Assembly (NCBI GenBank): GCA_964036045.1
Contig: OZ038378.1
Coordinates: 79,608,001 to 79,672,000 of the forward strand
DNA from: Eutreptiella sp. 'Long Island Sound 2002'
Taxonomy: Eukaryota > Protista > Euglenida
Length of the DNA: 64,000 nt
Reading direction: 5' to 3'
Shown here: positions 13,480-25,630 of the stretch, piece after piece
How the letters are laid out: the number at the start of each line of letters is the position of its first letter
Numbering within the stretch: the first letter of the stretch is position 1
Notes under the pieces: generated by a model
Databases searched by the model: none
Told to the model about the DNA's origin: nothing
What the model saw: the letters and a program-made list of their open reading frames with translations, nothing else
Program-made: the position numbers and the translations under genes

Positions 13480-13990
13480 CCTTGGTCTTGGAGTGTGAGC
13501 TGCATTGGCATCCCCAATGCTTACAAGTAAATGTTGTTGCCAAGTTGCTGTGTTGGGTCAATACCCTATGCTTAACGGGGATCACTAAATTGGATTGCAA
13601 AGAGCCGTTAAGCAGAATACAACCAGAGTTGATGGAAAGGTTTGTGCGCAACGACATGGAGTATCCTACCAAAAAGCAATAGGGGAGAATGGATGTGACG
13701 TGGAGCATTCATCACACCACATCCACATTGGATCATGGAGCAGTCAAAGGTAACCATCACCAATTTAGGTATTTGATTCAGGACGAACTGAGCCACACAG
13801 TGCACTTCTGCTTGCAAATGTACATCGATCTTGTACTACAAATTGCCTTTTGTGTCGGCCGAGGTGCAGTTGACGTGCACTCACTATGGGTTGCATATAG
13901 CAAACGGCACCTCGTTCACCGCGTGGCACACCTCGTGGTAGGTAGCTTTGTTTATTGCCAGCGGCATTATAGAAATGTGTTGTGATAGTT
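13480..13990 (-). mobile_element. Penelope-like RT fragment
   Basis: Minus strand gives KLVMVTFDCS (motif A-like) followed by QLGNNIYL*ALGMPM, matching the PLE Y.Q..G.PMG motif B; stops and frameshifts present. Confidence 0.5.
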
Positions 13991-13999
13991 TAGAGCCCC

Positions 14000-14095
14000 C
14001 TTTCCCCTTCCCGGTTGAGGATATGGACCGGCCCCTTTCCGGTTGAGAATATGCAACGCCCCTTTCTAGTGGGCATATGTACCGGCCCCTTTCCA
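14000..14095 (+). repeat. Three diverged copies of an about 27-bp unit (..atatg.accggcccctttc)
   Basis: ccggttgaggatatggaccggcccctttc / cggttgagaatatgcaacgcccctttc / gggcatatgtaccggcccctttc. Confidence 0.75.
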
Positions 14096-17000
14096 CCTTT
14101 TTTGGAAGGACGAGAGGCCCCACAACCTCGACTCCCGGCTAAAGCCCCCATAGTTGTTAGACAGATTTTGAAAGTCGACAAAGGGAACACATTTTGAAAC
14201 ACATGTGTGGTAGGGTGTGGGTTTCTACAAGCTTGTGATGAGTAATAAATAGAGAGGTTACCACCAATGAGGCGCGGAAGCACCGAAAGGAGACTGAAAA
14301 GTTGGTATCATAATTGGCAACAAAATCCCAAACTCCTAGTGACGAGAAAGCACCTCCTTTGAGTGTGGCTCGAATGATACCTATTGGTGCCGATTGTCCA
14401 CTCACAAGTAGACTACTCCCAGTGTCATCTCTGTTTGTGCAAGAAAGGCATGGCTGAACAGTCATGTGACTTGCTAGATGATCAATCATCGTTGTGTTGT
14501 ATTGGTGTTATGTTCAAACATTTAGGAAAATAGTGTGTTTGAAACAAAATTGCTCCACATTTAGAGGGGCGACTTGTTCTAATTCTAGACCCCCCCTCTT
14601 CCCCCCTCCCCTTCTAGACACCCAAAATTTTTCGAACCCATCCGTCTCCAATTTCCTAGGCGGCTCTTTCCGATAGTTTACCTCGCACTCGCGGGCCACG
14701 TTTTTGGGCCAACTCAAAGTTCTAAATTATACCCCTATTTTTGGTTTCTGTTTTTTGGGGTGGTCGCTCGCTTCGTTCTAAAAGTAACCCGCAAATTTTA
14801 GATAACACATGCTGGTGTTCCAAAGCAAAATGTTACAAACATGGTATCGATTCTACAGGCCACAAAAAAGAACGCACGGCAACGTGTCCTTTCCTAAAAC
14901 CACGCTTTTGTACACACACAGGAGCCTTGTTTAAACACGGAGAAGTGCTTGGACAAATTGCACCCAATCCCTAGGCCTATTATTCCGAGGGAGTTGTTCA
15001 TGGTGGATAGCAATGATGGGGGTGTGCCGTTCATCGTTTTTGCTAACCGACCCTATGGTCCCTTGCAGCTTCTTCGAAAGGAAGCACATGAAAACCCTTT
15101 TTGTTTCACACAACGCGCCGCAGCGGGTTGTTTTCCATTTTTTCAAGGAATGATGTGCCATTTCGCCATGTTGAGGTATGCCCCTCCGCGCACATTGGTA
15201 ATATGCGTTCTTTTGCTTCGTCTCCTTGGCCTTTGCAAATGACACTTGCATACTCGTTGTGTTGTCATCGATACTATTTACCCGGAGCTCCCCACGTTGG
15301 CCAAGCTGCTAGGGCGGCTGCGGGAGGAGAAGGAGGACAAGCTTGGCCCGTTGGGCCACTGCCACTTCTGGACGCGGCTCTAATTGTCCAAGTCTTGTTC
15401 TCTTTGTGCACAGCAAGCGGCGCCGATAGGAGGGCAAAGGGTTTGTAGGCCACTGCTACTAGGGGCATTGGCTGGTGTCAAAGGCAAGTTGGTGGGTTGC
15501 AGGCCATACGAGGCCCATTGGGGGGCATTCTTAGGTTTTTCGGGGGTATGCATTTTTTGGTCCACATCCTAGGTTTTTCGCTTCTCCTCTAGGCTGCCGG
15601 ACGGGTTGTTGGATGTCTTGTGCTCTTTGGTCACTCCACGGGGAACCGGTAGCAGGGCAAAACGTCTATGGGCCACGGCTGCCAGGGTCATTGACGGGTG
15701 TCAAGAGTGGGTCGGGGGTTGCAAGCCGTACCAGGACCTTTTCGGGGGTTACCCTTGTTTGTCACAGCGTACCAGTGTGTCCTCGGATGTTTTTCTTTTT
15801 CTAGCATTGGGCTGAAAGATTTTCTATTATCCCACGTGAACGCGATGCACCGCATTTTGCGGCAACTTCCAAGGTTTGTCTGCCCTTTTGGATTGTTTTT
15901 CATCGGTCCCTGCTTGTAACTCCGGGGTTTTGTTTGCACGCTCTCTGTATCCCTCAGTTCCTTCGTGTTGCCCATTTCAGGATGCCGGTGCCCTGCATAA
16001 GGCGCTTGGTTTAGGTAAACCGTTAGATTCTTTTGTTGACTGGGCATTGCGGCTGCGGGCAGACTGTCGGAGTCGCCGCTCCCTGGGTGAGTTTATTCGG
16101 CAAAGGGATTGATCCGCAGCCCTTTTTAAGCCACGTGGTTGTTATACAGTGGGTGTTGCTGAGATCTTTAATCTTTACCAATTGCTCTCTCTTTTGCATA
16201 AACCTCGCTTGAAGAGGAAGCTCAAGCAAGTGGTTGTAAGCTGGTAGCATGCAGCGTCGTAGTTTGGCACACTACATTGCTGTTCGTTGAATGCTCTCTT
16301 TTTTTTCATAGCCGCCTGATAGCAGGTGTCTTGCTATGCGGCGTGCCATATATTGTACACAATGTATCCTCTGGTTCGATAACTTTTACCGTCCGGTCTT
16401 TATGTAAATTCCTACTAAGTCGAAGTGTTCTCTTAATTGTTCCACATTTGCTGTTCTGCGCATGGCCGTGATGTTATGCCCGAGTTTCTAAGTGTGCATG
16501 AGCTGCACAATCGTACCAAATCTGTAAATGACATGCTCGTGTGCAGTCACAAGTGTTTTGTTGATGGTTTGAGCGACGTAATTTCGGGGCCCATAGTGAT
16601 ACGTGACGTACATTGTCGTCCACTTGACACTAGGTGTACACAGGTGTTGTGTCCCCAGTGCGAGCCTATGATGATGTCCGATCTTATACTGTCAGCAACC
16701 CCTGACCATATGAAGATATTGCACAATGTACAATCCATACAACAGAGGACACAACATCATATGCCCTTGCCCGTGGATGACAACATACACTACCGTCTTC
16801 TCAAACTTGTTTACAGCCTCGATTATGCTAATTCAATGTACCGATGTTCTTCACCAAAAAAAACAGTTTTTTATGGTGTTTGGCACCCGTACAAGTATTG
16901 TGTAACTCTTTGTTGGCGCCGGTTTTATGCCGTGTTCAAGTATTTTTTGCTATGGTGGATTGTCTCCAGGTAAGCTAGTTCCGAGTTTGCCTAAGCTGAT

Positions 17001-17128
17001 TGACATGGAACGAGTTGTAGTTGGTTTACTACATGTGGCACGGCGCTTGAAGAATAGTCTCTACCACAACCTTCGTAACTTGCGCGCCTGCCACCCCACT
17101 CTGCCGCACATAAAGTGCCATTGATGCA

Positions 17129-18433
17129 AGTAGCAACCCTATGAAGTCTCCAATTTTCCGGAGACCCCCGGAGACCTCAATTTCCCCCCATTTTTCCACT
17201 CCGGAGACCGGAGACTGAATTTTTGTGAAGAAAAGTGCCGTTTTTCTGCCATTTTTCCGACCATTTTTCCACCGTTTTTCTCCGAACGTCCCGTTTTTCA
17301 TCCATTTTTCCATCCATTTTTCCAGCCATTTTGATAATGTTGCCCTTTGGTTTTGCTTTTGGTTCTTTTGTACCATTCCACCTCTGCTTCAGATTTTTCA
17401 CACACGCAGCAGATTTGCGGTTGTTGTTGCTCTTTGTTGTGGAGCATGCCCATGAAGTGTTTGACCTGCTTGACAAGGTTCAGGTATCTGTGGCGTCCAC
17501 TTTCTGTGGAAATGGGGACTTGCGCCGCCCAAAGCCAACTATGCATCGTGTGTTTAATAGGTTCCATAAATTGCATTGCACCCTGCAACAGATTCTCGAC
17601 AGCAAACAGCTTCGTCCCTTGACGGAGAAACGTTTGCAGCGCAAGAAGCAGAATGGTAGTGCATTGTACCATGCGGACACAATGCGTGCACGCCTCCTTG
17701 AGGTCCTGGCCGCTGCCCGGGACAAGCTATGGAAATATGTCGGCAAGCACATGGAGCTTGCCAAGCAGGCCAGAATTTTGGACGCAACACAAATGGCCGC
17801 TCTCCCTGGTGAAATTGCAGAGTTCCCTCTCATCTTCTCTACCCAGGTTCAACAGACATTGCTTGAAAATGGGGAATGGAAAGTGTATCGTGATTCCGTT
17901 ACACCCTCCACCCCACAATTTGACGTGCTACAGTGGTGGGAAGGCATGGCTGTGCGCCTACCCACAATGTACCGCATTGCACGGTCCATCCTAGCCATTC
18001 CCCACACTTCTTGTGATGTAGAACGCTCGTTTTCAGTTTGGAAGCGTGTTCGTTCCGACAAGCAACAGAGTATGGCGGAGGGAACACACAAGGCCTATGT
18101 CTCCTTTTGTTTCAATGGTGTAGTTCCACCACCATGAGCAAGTACAAATTGTGAGTGGTACACGAGATGGCAAAACGATTATTCGCTTTGAATGCACCGC
18201 CTACTGAATGCTTGTGTTGCAATCATGTGTGTCGTCAAAGAAGTAACAGTGGCGAGCAAGCGTGCTCTGGCATGCCATACCCCCGCATTTCCCCCCATTT
18301 CCCCCCCGTTTTTCCCCGCTTTTCCCCGTTTTCCCCCATTTTCCCCCATTTTCCCCCATTTTTCCCCATTTTCCCCATTTTTCCCATTTTTCCGTGGCCC
18401 AAAAAAGACTTGGAGACTCCGGGGTGGCAGACT
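17129..18433 (+). mobile_element. Internally deleted hAT DNA transposon, about 1.3 kb
   Basis: Carries a hAT dimerisation domain; inverted core agtctccaa (17145-17153) / ttggagact (18410-18418); (tttttcc/ttttcccc)n subterminal arrays at ~17180-17330 and ~18285-18390; host ORF homology resumes on the far side. No TSD found. Confidence 0.8.
17340..18137 (+). CDS. hAT transposase C-terminal region with dimerisation domain (open, 5'-deleted)
   Basis: FDVLQWWEGMAVRLPTMYRIARSILAIPHTSCDVERSFSVWKRVRSDKQQSM is the canonical hAT W..P.L..IA...L.IP.TS..VERSFS motif. Confidence 0.9.
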   Translation: MPFGFAFGSFVPFHLCFRFFTHAADLRLLLLFVVEHAHEVFDLLDKVQVSVASTFCGNGDLRRPKPTMHRVFNRFHKLHCTLQQILDSKQLRPLTEKRLQRKKQNGSALYHADTMRARLLEVLAAARDKLWKYVGKHMELAKQARILDATQMAALPGEIAEFPLIFSTQVQQTLLENGEWKVYRDSVTPSTPQFDVLQWWEGMAVRLPTMYRIARSILAIPHTSCDVERSFSVWKRVRSDKQQSMAEGTHKAYVSFCFNGVVPPP

Positions 18434-19570
18434 TCCAAGGCCCGAAGTAGAAGGTATGATTGATTTGTTGTATGGTTATATACCTACTCTCTTTATTATC
18501 CGATGTCACGTGCTAGACTGTCATTAGGGCAGTTATGCCAACTCTAAGATGGGCACTTTGTCGTACTCCCGCTGCTTACATGTTTTGATCCGTGTGACAC
18601 TTGGGTATGAACACGAATTTGAGTATGTACGCCCATTCATGGTGGCGCCTCTGCAGAATCACCATCCTTGGGTTTCACGCTTACCCGGCCGGCCATTCAA
18701 CGAGGAGCCATGTGAAGCCATGCTGAGCCGTGTGGTAGCCAAGATGGCCCGTTATCCCCACATGGATAGTTTTGAGCAAGATCATGACCTGTTTGTACTC
18801 GTTGCCCCGCATGATGCTACGAAAAAGGCATTGACGTAGTGCAATATCCCAAAAGGGTTGCCACAGCTTACTAACGGCGGAGTACCAAGGCTGTGTGAAC
18901 ATTGGGACCTAGGGATGATCCATGGCGTACAGTGATCGTCTACCAAGCAATCTAAGGTGGAGGCTTTCTGGCTTGGTACCCTGCACTTCCAAGGTTCCAT
19001 TCAAGCTGTACTACTTGTTGAGCATTTGAATGATCGGTTTTTAAAGATGTTGCAAACGTTGGTAAGCCCGGTTCTAGTTTTAGATGATGTCTTGACAGCC
19101 GCCACGCGTCATCCCCCCCCCCCCCCCCGCCTCATGGAAGCTAACATCCAATAAGCTTGTACCATGCTTCGGCATCGCAACAACCCAGTCGAGGAACAAG
19201 CACGTTGGTTGCGCATGCAAGCTATGGACATACATGATGGGAGGGGGAGGGGGTGGGGGGGGAAAGATTGGGTGAATCGGACGACGATGATGGTGATGAT
19301 GATGGTGATGGTAATGGTGATGTACCCGATGATAGGGCCCCAAAGAATGGAGATGGATATGAGGGGGACAATGTTGTGGTGGTTTTGGTCCATGTTGATG
19401 TCGTATCTGTTGCTTCCTACGCTTCAGATGCACCTGTACAACTACTCTCTGAGTAGAACTATGCTGTTTTATCATGTGTTTTGCATGTTGATGCATGGTC
19501 AGTGGTTTTTGTTGAGCCTAACTGACACTCCATGCCTTCTTCTCAATGCAACCATTGCTGAACTGTTTGT

Positions 19571-22151
19571 TTGATGGCGAAGCGTAGTTTTCGGATTCTC
19601 TTACCGTCCCTCTGTGAGACCACCATGTCAGGGACACTAAATGCCACGCAATCTGCGGAAGGGATGTCACAATCTATCACTGCAAGTCAAGCGAGGAGCC
19701 GAGCAGCCACTGCCGCCACAGAGAAAGCACACGGGGATTCCAAGGTGCGGCAGACTGCCACAGAGGGGCATCGGGCAACGCGGGTACGCAAAGAGATGGT
19801 CAAGGTGCCACTCATGAAGCTGAAGGTTAATGTGCAGATGACACGGGGGCATACTAGGCCGCGAGATGAGGACACTGTCTTGGAGAGGTACCAAATTCTA
19901 GTTGCAAGTCCGCCGAATTGACCACTGAGCTGTTTTCTGGTATGGAGAGACGAAGATGTGTTGAGCAGAGCCTCCTATGGCAGATCTTCGTTTGTAACAT
20001 GCTGCAGTGCGTTCTTTCATGGACAGGCCTGCTCAACACACCGAAATTGCCTTTTACTACTTAGCTGGGTCCTGGTACATACTTGGCAGTGTCCATGTGG
20101 GCATGCCCCTACAAAGTCTTCAAAAGGATTGCACCACAGCTCAGAAGGCATTGCCAGACTACCTGCAATTCGTCTATGCCGAGGAGGTGAAGCCGGATAC
20201 ACCACTGCAGGTACAGGGAATGTTGTCCGGTGATCACAATGCCATCCAGTACAATGTAACCAAATTGACGCTTGGCCAGATCGCATCAAGAATATGGGTG
20301 GAAGTACAGAAGCCTGGCAAGGGCAAGGATCATTTGATGGTGGCACCCCGCAAAGCTGGGCGCATGAACTCAAAGATCACACCGGTGTGGAAATTTCCAA
20401 GCCCCCCCCCCCCCTCTCTCTCAACTCCAGCAACTGGTAATCTACTTGTGTATGTCTCTTATTGTCCTGTACCGTCCCGTACCCTATGAAAGTGCTCCAC
20501 CACTGCTATAGGATGCCACATGGAAACAGTGGAACCCTCTAGTGACTCTGGTGCAACCGAGCCATGGACAGATCGCCAACGCCATCGACAGTTACGAGAG
20601 CACACCCCAAGATTGTGTCCCACTGTCCCCGAGTGCCGACAAGGGCGTTAGGGATACACAATTCAAGCAGGCACGAACTGACGCGCTGCACCGCTTTCTT
20701 TGCTGATTTGTCCATGCACTGCAGCGGTCACACCGTTTGGCTTCAACCTCTCACTGGACTCCATGGGGATCAAATCGACAAAATTGTTGGTTATATGTGT
20801 GGATTTGGTACGAAACTGTCGGTGCTCCAGGGGAAAGCGCGGAAACTCAAGAACAAGAAAAACAAACTATGGAAATTCTGATGCTTGCACCCTTACAACA
20901 ACATCGTCCACCCAAGCAAATGTATGTGTGCTTGTTGGTGCTATCACGATATAGTTCAGTTGTACCGTCACACTGACCACACGGACGAACATGCGTGTTA
21001 AATTCAATCCCTAGGATGCAGCGGATCAAAAAACTTTTGGGTCGGGCCCACGTGCAACCAAGCTCAATTTGGGGAGATGGAATTTGTCAAAGGAATAACC
21101 GTATCCGTCGTGGTATTCCGTGAGGAAGTTGCCATCATGGAATGACATCGAGCGGGCAGTTCTGCGGGCAGCCTTATCCAGGCCATTGATTGAGCCAAAG
21201 GTGGAAGTGTCAGACAAGCAGAAGACCACGCGGGTCTGGTTAGCAGCTGCATAGGTGGATGAAGAACCAAGTGGTCCACATATCGAGGCCCCGTCGATCA
21301 TTGCTAGAAAAGCCGTGCCTGACGAGGTGGCATTGCGGGACTATGCAATGGTGTGCACTGTTACTGTGTCCGTCATTCAAATGAGTGCTTCGGGTTTCAG
21401 TTGTGTGTGGAGACCTATAAAGAAATAGTTGGATGATGCGCATCCCTTGATACGCAAACTAGCCCCTAAAGGAGTCCTGATTGTTGTACCAGGCCTGGAA
21501 AGTGATGTGAACTTCTTGCGGACATAACTAAGGGATGCAGGTGAGACTATTGGCTGGCAATTTGTCACTACTGAGATCTATGAGAAGGGTTTCACGCATT
21601 CGACGTTTGTGTATGAGGAGCGGATCTACACTTTTGCCATTCCATCTAAGTTTTCCTGTAAGGTGCTCAACGTGTTTATGACAGACCAAGGTCAGTGCAA
21701 AAGCCAACTGGGGATTGATGCTGCAGGCTGGGCCCTCCGTGCTTTGAATAAAATCCCCAATGGTGACGGAGACGAGTCTGAGGAGCTATGGCTGCTTTGC
21801 AGGACTAGTTGCATCCTGCCTGCCCAATTGATCTCATGTTTGTCAGAGGCACCGAATGTTGCCACGTGTTACATAGGTTGTGCCGGTGTTTTTCTTGATT
21901 TCATTGAACAAGTTACTTCCAATATGCATGACATGGATGCCATGTATGTCATCAGTTGGGAGGACTGGTTTCCCATACTATCGCACAGCATGCCAGTGTC
22001 CGTTATGAGACCTGGTGATGAGGTTGAAGGTGATGATGGCGGGGAGGGGGAGTCAGACAGTGGGCAGCCAATGGAACCCCTCCCCCCCCCCCCGAGCCCG
22101 AGGTACCAAAAAGACACCCACCAAGCGTCCCAAGCCTCAGGTCCTGGGTAG
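19571..22151 (+). pseudogene. Degenerate long plus-strand coding region downstream of transposase copy B, function unknown
   Basis: ORFs 19571..19921, 20007..20489, 20564..20881 and 21609..22151, linked by protein-like frames with sparse stops (LPSWNDIERAVLRAALSRPLIEPKVEV; HPLIRKLAPKGVLIVVPGLE). Confidence 0.4.
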
Positions 22152-23099
22152 TAGTAATGATGATGAGCAGGCGGGGCAGAGGAAGACGAAGCAGGAGGAA
22201 AAAAAAAAGACACAACACGGTTACAACTTTTCAGAATAGGGTAGAGAGGGCGAAGGGTGCCAAGCCGGCTGCAAAAAAGAAGCCTTGGTCTGATGTACGT
22301 AGTAGTTGAGTATTTATTTCTTAAAAACAGGTACTGCTTTGCTGTGCTTATTGTGTTCATGTACCCTCTCTGAGCGTATGTAATTTTGCAGTTTTGTTGA
22401 CGCAACGCGCTACAACGCGGTATTTCTTAAAAAATATGCCATTTCAACCCCTGTTTGCTTGCATTATAGTTTCTCATACTGTCAGAGGTTGTGTGTCGTA
22501 CCTGTCTGTAAGGTACTACCGCATCGCAGCCATTACATTACGTATGTGGACGTATGGTTCCATGACAGACTGCCGACCAGTCGAATATCACCCAATGGGC
22601 AATTTAGGTGAATGAGTTGCGTTGTGTGTGCCTGCTGCCCTATCATTGTTCATTCAGGTGATGTTTGGGAGGACATGAAGGTGTGGATTTTCAACCCTCA
22701 ACAATATGCTTCCTGGACACGTGGAAAAATGGGTGATTTGTGGGAAATCTCACTTTTAGACCATGTTTTCAAACATGCGAAACACGTGGAATTTTCATCT
22801 CCACTTTTAACACCCCTTTTTCGCAATTTTGCCGGAACGACCGACCCGGAGGTCAGGCCGGGGGTCAATTTTTCTTTGTGCTTTTCACCCGTTTTTGAAT
22901 TCTCCACAAAATTCTGAATATTTTGAGTGTAGACACATAGGGTAGGAAAAAAAAACCCCTCAAGAGGCCAAAAAAAAGTTTTCGGCTTCTTCGGCGCCAA
23001 CACTTTCCCCCAAAATCTCAAATTCTCAGGCGGCTCTTCCCGAGGGTGACCTTGGCTGATGGGAACCTGCCCTAATGGGCAATTTTTTTCTGAAAATGT

Positions 23100-23640
23100 T
23101 GTTTACCCCAGTTTTGCATGTTCAAAATGATCAGCGCGTCATGGGGATCATTTTGAGGTATGTATGATGGGGTACCCACCGACCCCCCCTGGGGACCCTG
23201 GCGGCTGACTGGTCGACCCACCTACCCCCCCCCCCTCTCCCCCCCCTCCAGACCCCCAAAACTTTTCGCACCCGGTTGGGGTGCAGAGTTTGAACAGCCC
23301 CCCCCCCCCCCCAGGCTTTTGCTTCAGGTGCCGGACACCTACCCCTGGGGGGGGGGGGGTCAAAGGGTGGGTAGGTGGGTCAAAGGCCTTTTTCAGTGGT
23401 TGTTGGGAGGCATGGACCCCCACCCCCCCTTCTTGTGCTGGGTGTGCGAGCCTTAGTACTTAGGGGCCCTGAAAATTTTGATATAGTGGGTGGGTGGGTG
23501 GGTCAGTTCCAGCCCTTGAGGCCCCCAGACCCCCCCCCCAGCGTCCCTAAGCAAAAGCGTGCGTCCCCCTTGCTCCTTGTTTGTGGTGCATTTGCTTTTC
23601 ACTATGTTGTAAGGTGGTGTTCAGGCCGCAATTTGGGGCC
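23100..23640. repeat. Probable dispersed non-autonomous repeat with C/G homopolymer blocks
   Basis: Non-coding, alternating poly-C/poly-G runs after aaaatgatcagcgcgtcatggggatcattttgagg; one copy here, so repeat status is inferred. Confidence 0.35.
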
Positions 23641-24988
23641 CTAGGTGGCTTGAGGGGTGGGGCTGGGGTGAGACATGAGGCTGTCCAACATTGTGGGGGT
23701 GTAGTATGGTCTCCATAGGCAAGAATATTGCCAATTGTTGCAAAAATCCCCAATTTCTCCATCATATGCGTGCTGTGCAAGGATGCCCCCAGGGAAGGGT
23801 TCAGCGCACGGCGACCCTGCGACTCGGACCCGTGATGAACCCCAAGCACTTGTCTCATGGTATCTTTACCAGTGCCCCGGCAAATGGAAAACACTGGACA
23901 ACAATGTGGTCAAGACAAATTCTCCCTGTTGGCGTGGCTACAATGCACCCTACTGTCAGGTTACAGTAGGGCAATGGCAATGCGCACCATGCACGCCATG
24001 CCGACGTGTGGGCCACCATTAAAGCAGCTTATCACATGTCCTACGCATTGCCTGCACCAAAGTGCGTGGTCCTACAGCATGTGGCCTGCTAGCTGCAAGT
24101 CGACGCATTCTGGGAGGGGGACTGATACACCAGTTGGATACAACCACAGGACAAATTCTGGGAGTGTACAAGTTCAATTGGGATGTTGCCACCTTGGAAG
24201 TTCGGAGGAGTGCGGTCTGCCACAGGGTAGACTGTGTGTGCCTACCATTATTTAAATCAACCGTTGTAAACCGTTATATGGTAAATAGTGACTGGACCCT
24301 TGGAGCAGTGGTTGCCCCCCAAAGAAGTCAGCGATGTCCCGCCAAAGAAGTCAGTGATGTCAGTGAGACTTCGCACCAAGGTGCTTGCTGATGGAGAGGG
24401 ACGACTTGGGTCAACCCAGGTTGCGTGAGCTCACAGCAGCATTCGCTGTTTGTATGTATTGCTATTTGTATGTATGACTTTGTGGGTTTTGTTGGCCGCC
24501 AAAGTCTAAACATCGGTTGATATGGTCATTATGCCACGGTGCTTGTCATCATGTCATGGTGATTGCAGTACCCAGTCGCAACTGCCGGTTTGTTTTTGTG
24601 CCCATCTAATCCTATCGTTTCGTCAACAGCAACTACCTTACAACCTTAATTTGTTCAACCCATGCATAAATTGCGACACTGTGGGTGCCCACCTGGTAAT
24701 GGTTGGTGTGTGATGCCTTTACTTGAGTTCTCCGGTGAATCCAGACACCAGATGAATTAATCTTTCCAGAGGGTGGCGGTCGCTGAGGTTCCGATCCATC
24801 ACCTCGCAGAGCTGTGAAGCTTTGAGATCATACGTGCACGCAGCATAGTACATACACGTCTCGGTCTGTGGCCTACCGCCGAGACATCATGAAGCGTGTT
24901 CACTGAATGCATGGTGAGGGCGAGCAAAGGATGAACCTGGTTCGAACTTGCTCCAACCTTGATCTGTATTCCTGTGCATGCCCTGCAG

Positions 24989-25088
24989 GTGGCGCGCAGG
25001 TGGGCAACAGCCCTGAGGATCTGTGCTGGGTGCTGCACTGATTTTCGCTGCGTCCTCCACCCTACAGAAAGGGGCCTAGCCACCGATG
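24989..25088 (+). CDS. Candidate exon A of a metallophosphoesterase gene
   Basis: ctgcAG acceptor and G|GTAAAG donor; 100 nt open (VARRWATALRICAGCCTDFRCVLHPTERGLATD plus 1 nt); phase matches exon B. Confidence 0.5.
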
Positions 25089-25484
25089 GTAAAGAAAAGG
25101 AGTTCCAAATGTGATTCGAAAAACAGAATTTGTTTTTTTTTTGATGGTCGCGGAACGTCCTCCCTGAAATTACTTCTTTCCCATTCTTTGCATCATGTCC
25201 AAAGAACGACGTCTACAGGCGGCTTATTCTTGTGGTGGGCTGATTAATCAGAGGCTGCTCCATTTTTCTTACTTTGGGTGGGGGGTTCGTTTGACGTGGG
25301 GGTCCATTGGCATGGGGAGGGGGTGATACGACGCCGGGGACTCGTACAAGGGGGACAAGGAGCTTGGACAAGGGGCAGTTTGGCCATAGAACGACGATGG
25401 TAGTCGCCCTCCAGCATCACTCTGTCATCCAACACAGCAAGGAGTGTGGCGCACATTGCAGTTCCTGATCTGGGCTGTTGCAAG

Positions 25485-25550
25485 AGAGCTCATTTCGGAC
25501 CAGGTGTGCCAGAACAAGAAAAAAAGGTTTGATCGAGCTCGTCGCGTTAT
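25485..25550 (+). CDS. Candidate exon B of the metallophosphoesterase gene
   Basis: gcaAG acceptor and T|GTATGT donor; 66 nt, phase 1 to 1 (E-SSFRTRCARTRKKGLIELVAL-Y), joins exons A and C in frame. Confidence 0.55.
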
Positions 25551-25630
25551 GTATGTGTGATCTTTGGGGCTGCGAGGTTCGCCCAAGTTTGCATTCCCAC
25601 CCATTAACGCACCCACTTGCCTCTTCTCAG

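Larger units (their letters stand above)
15876..19460 (+). pseudogene. Academ/DUF6589-like DNA transposase pseudogene, copy B, interrupted by a hAT element
   Basis: FVDWALRLRADCRSRRSL, CILWFDNFY...SLNCSTFAVL (~16360-16460), PLPVDDNIHYRLLK, YGVWHPYKY; after the insertion LLYGYIPTLFIIRCHVLDC and WVSRLPGRPFNEEPCEAMLSRV, then an Asp-rich tail. Aligns motif by motif with copy A. Confidence 0.6.

Noticed and set aside
14949-15250. PIPRPIIPRELFM and WPLQ resembling RGDAYP-family motifs
   Set aside because: Different frames, wrong spacing and no GDAYP; probably coincidence.
17225-17455. FPPF/KMGK-type ORFs (also 18192-18527)
   Set aside because: Products of the hAT subterminal tttttcc arrays.
24768-24815. 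Possible upstream exon RVAVAEVPIHHLAEL of the phosphoesterase gene
   Set aside because: Weak donor and needs an alternative acceptor; unsupported without transcripts.
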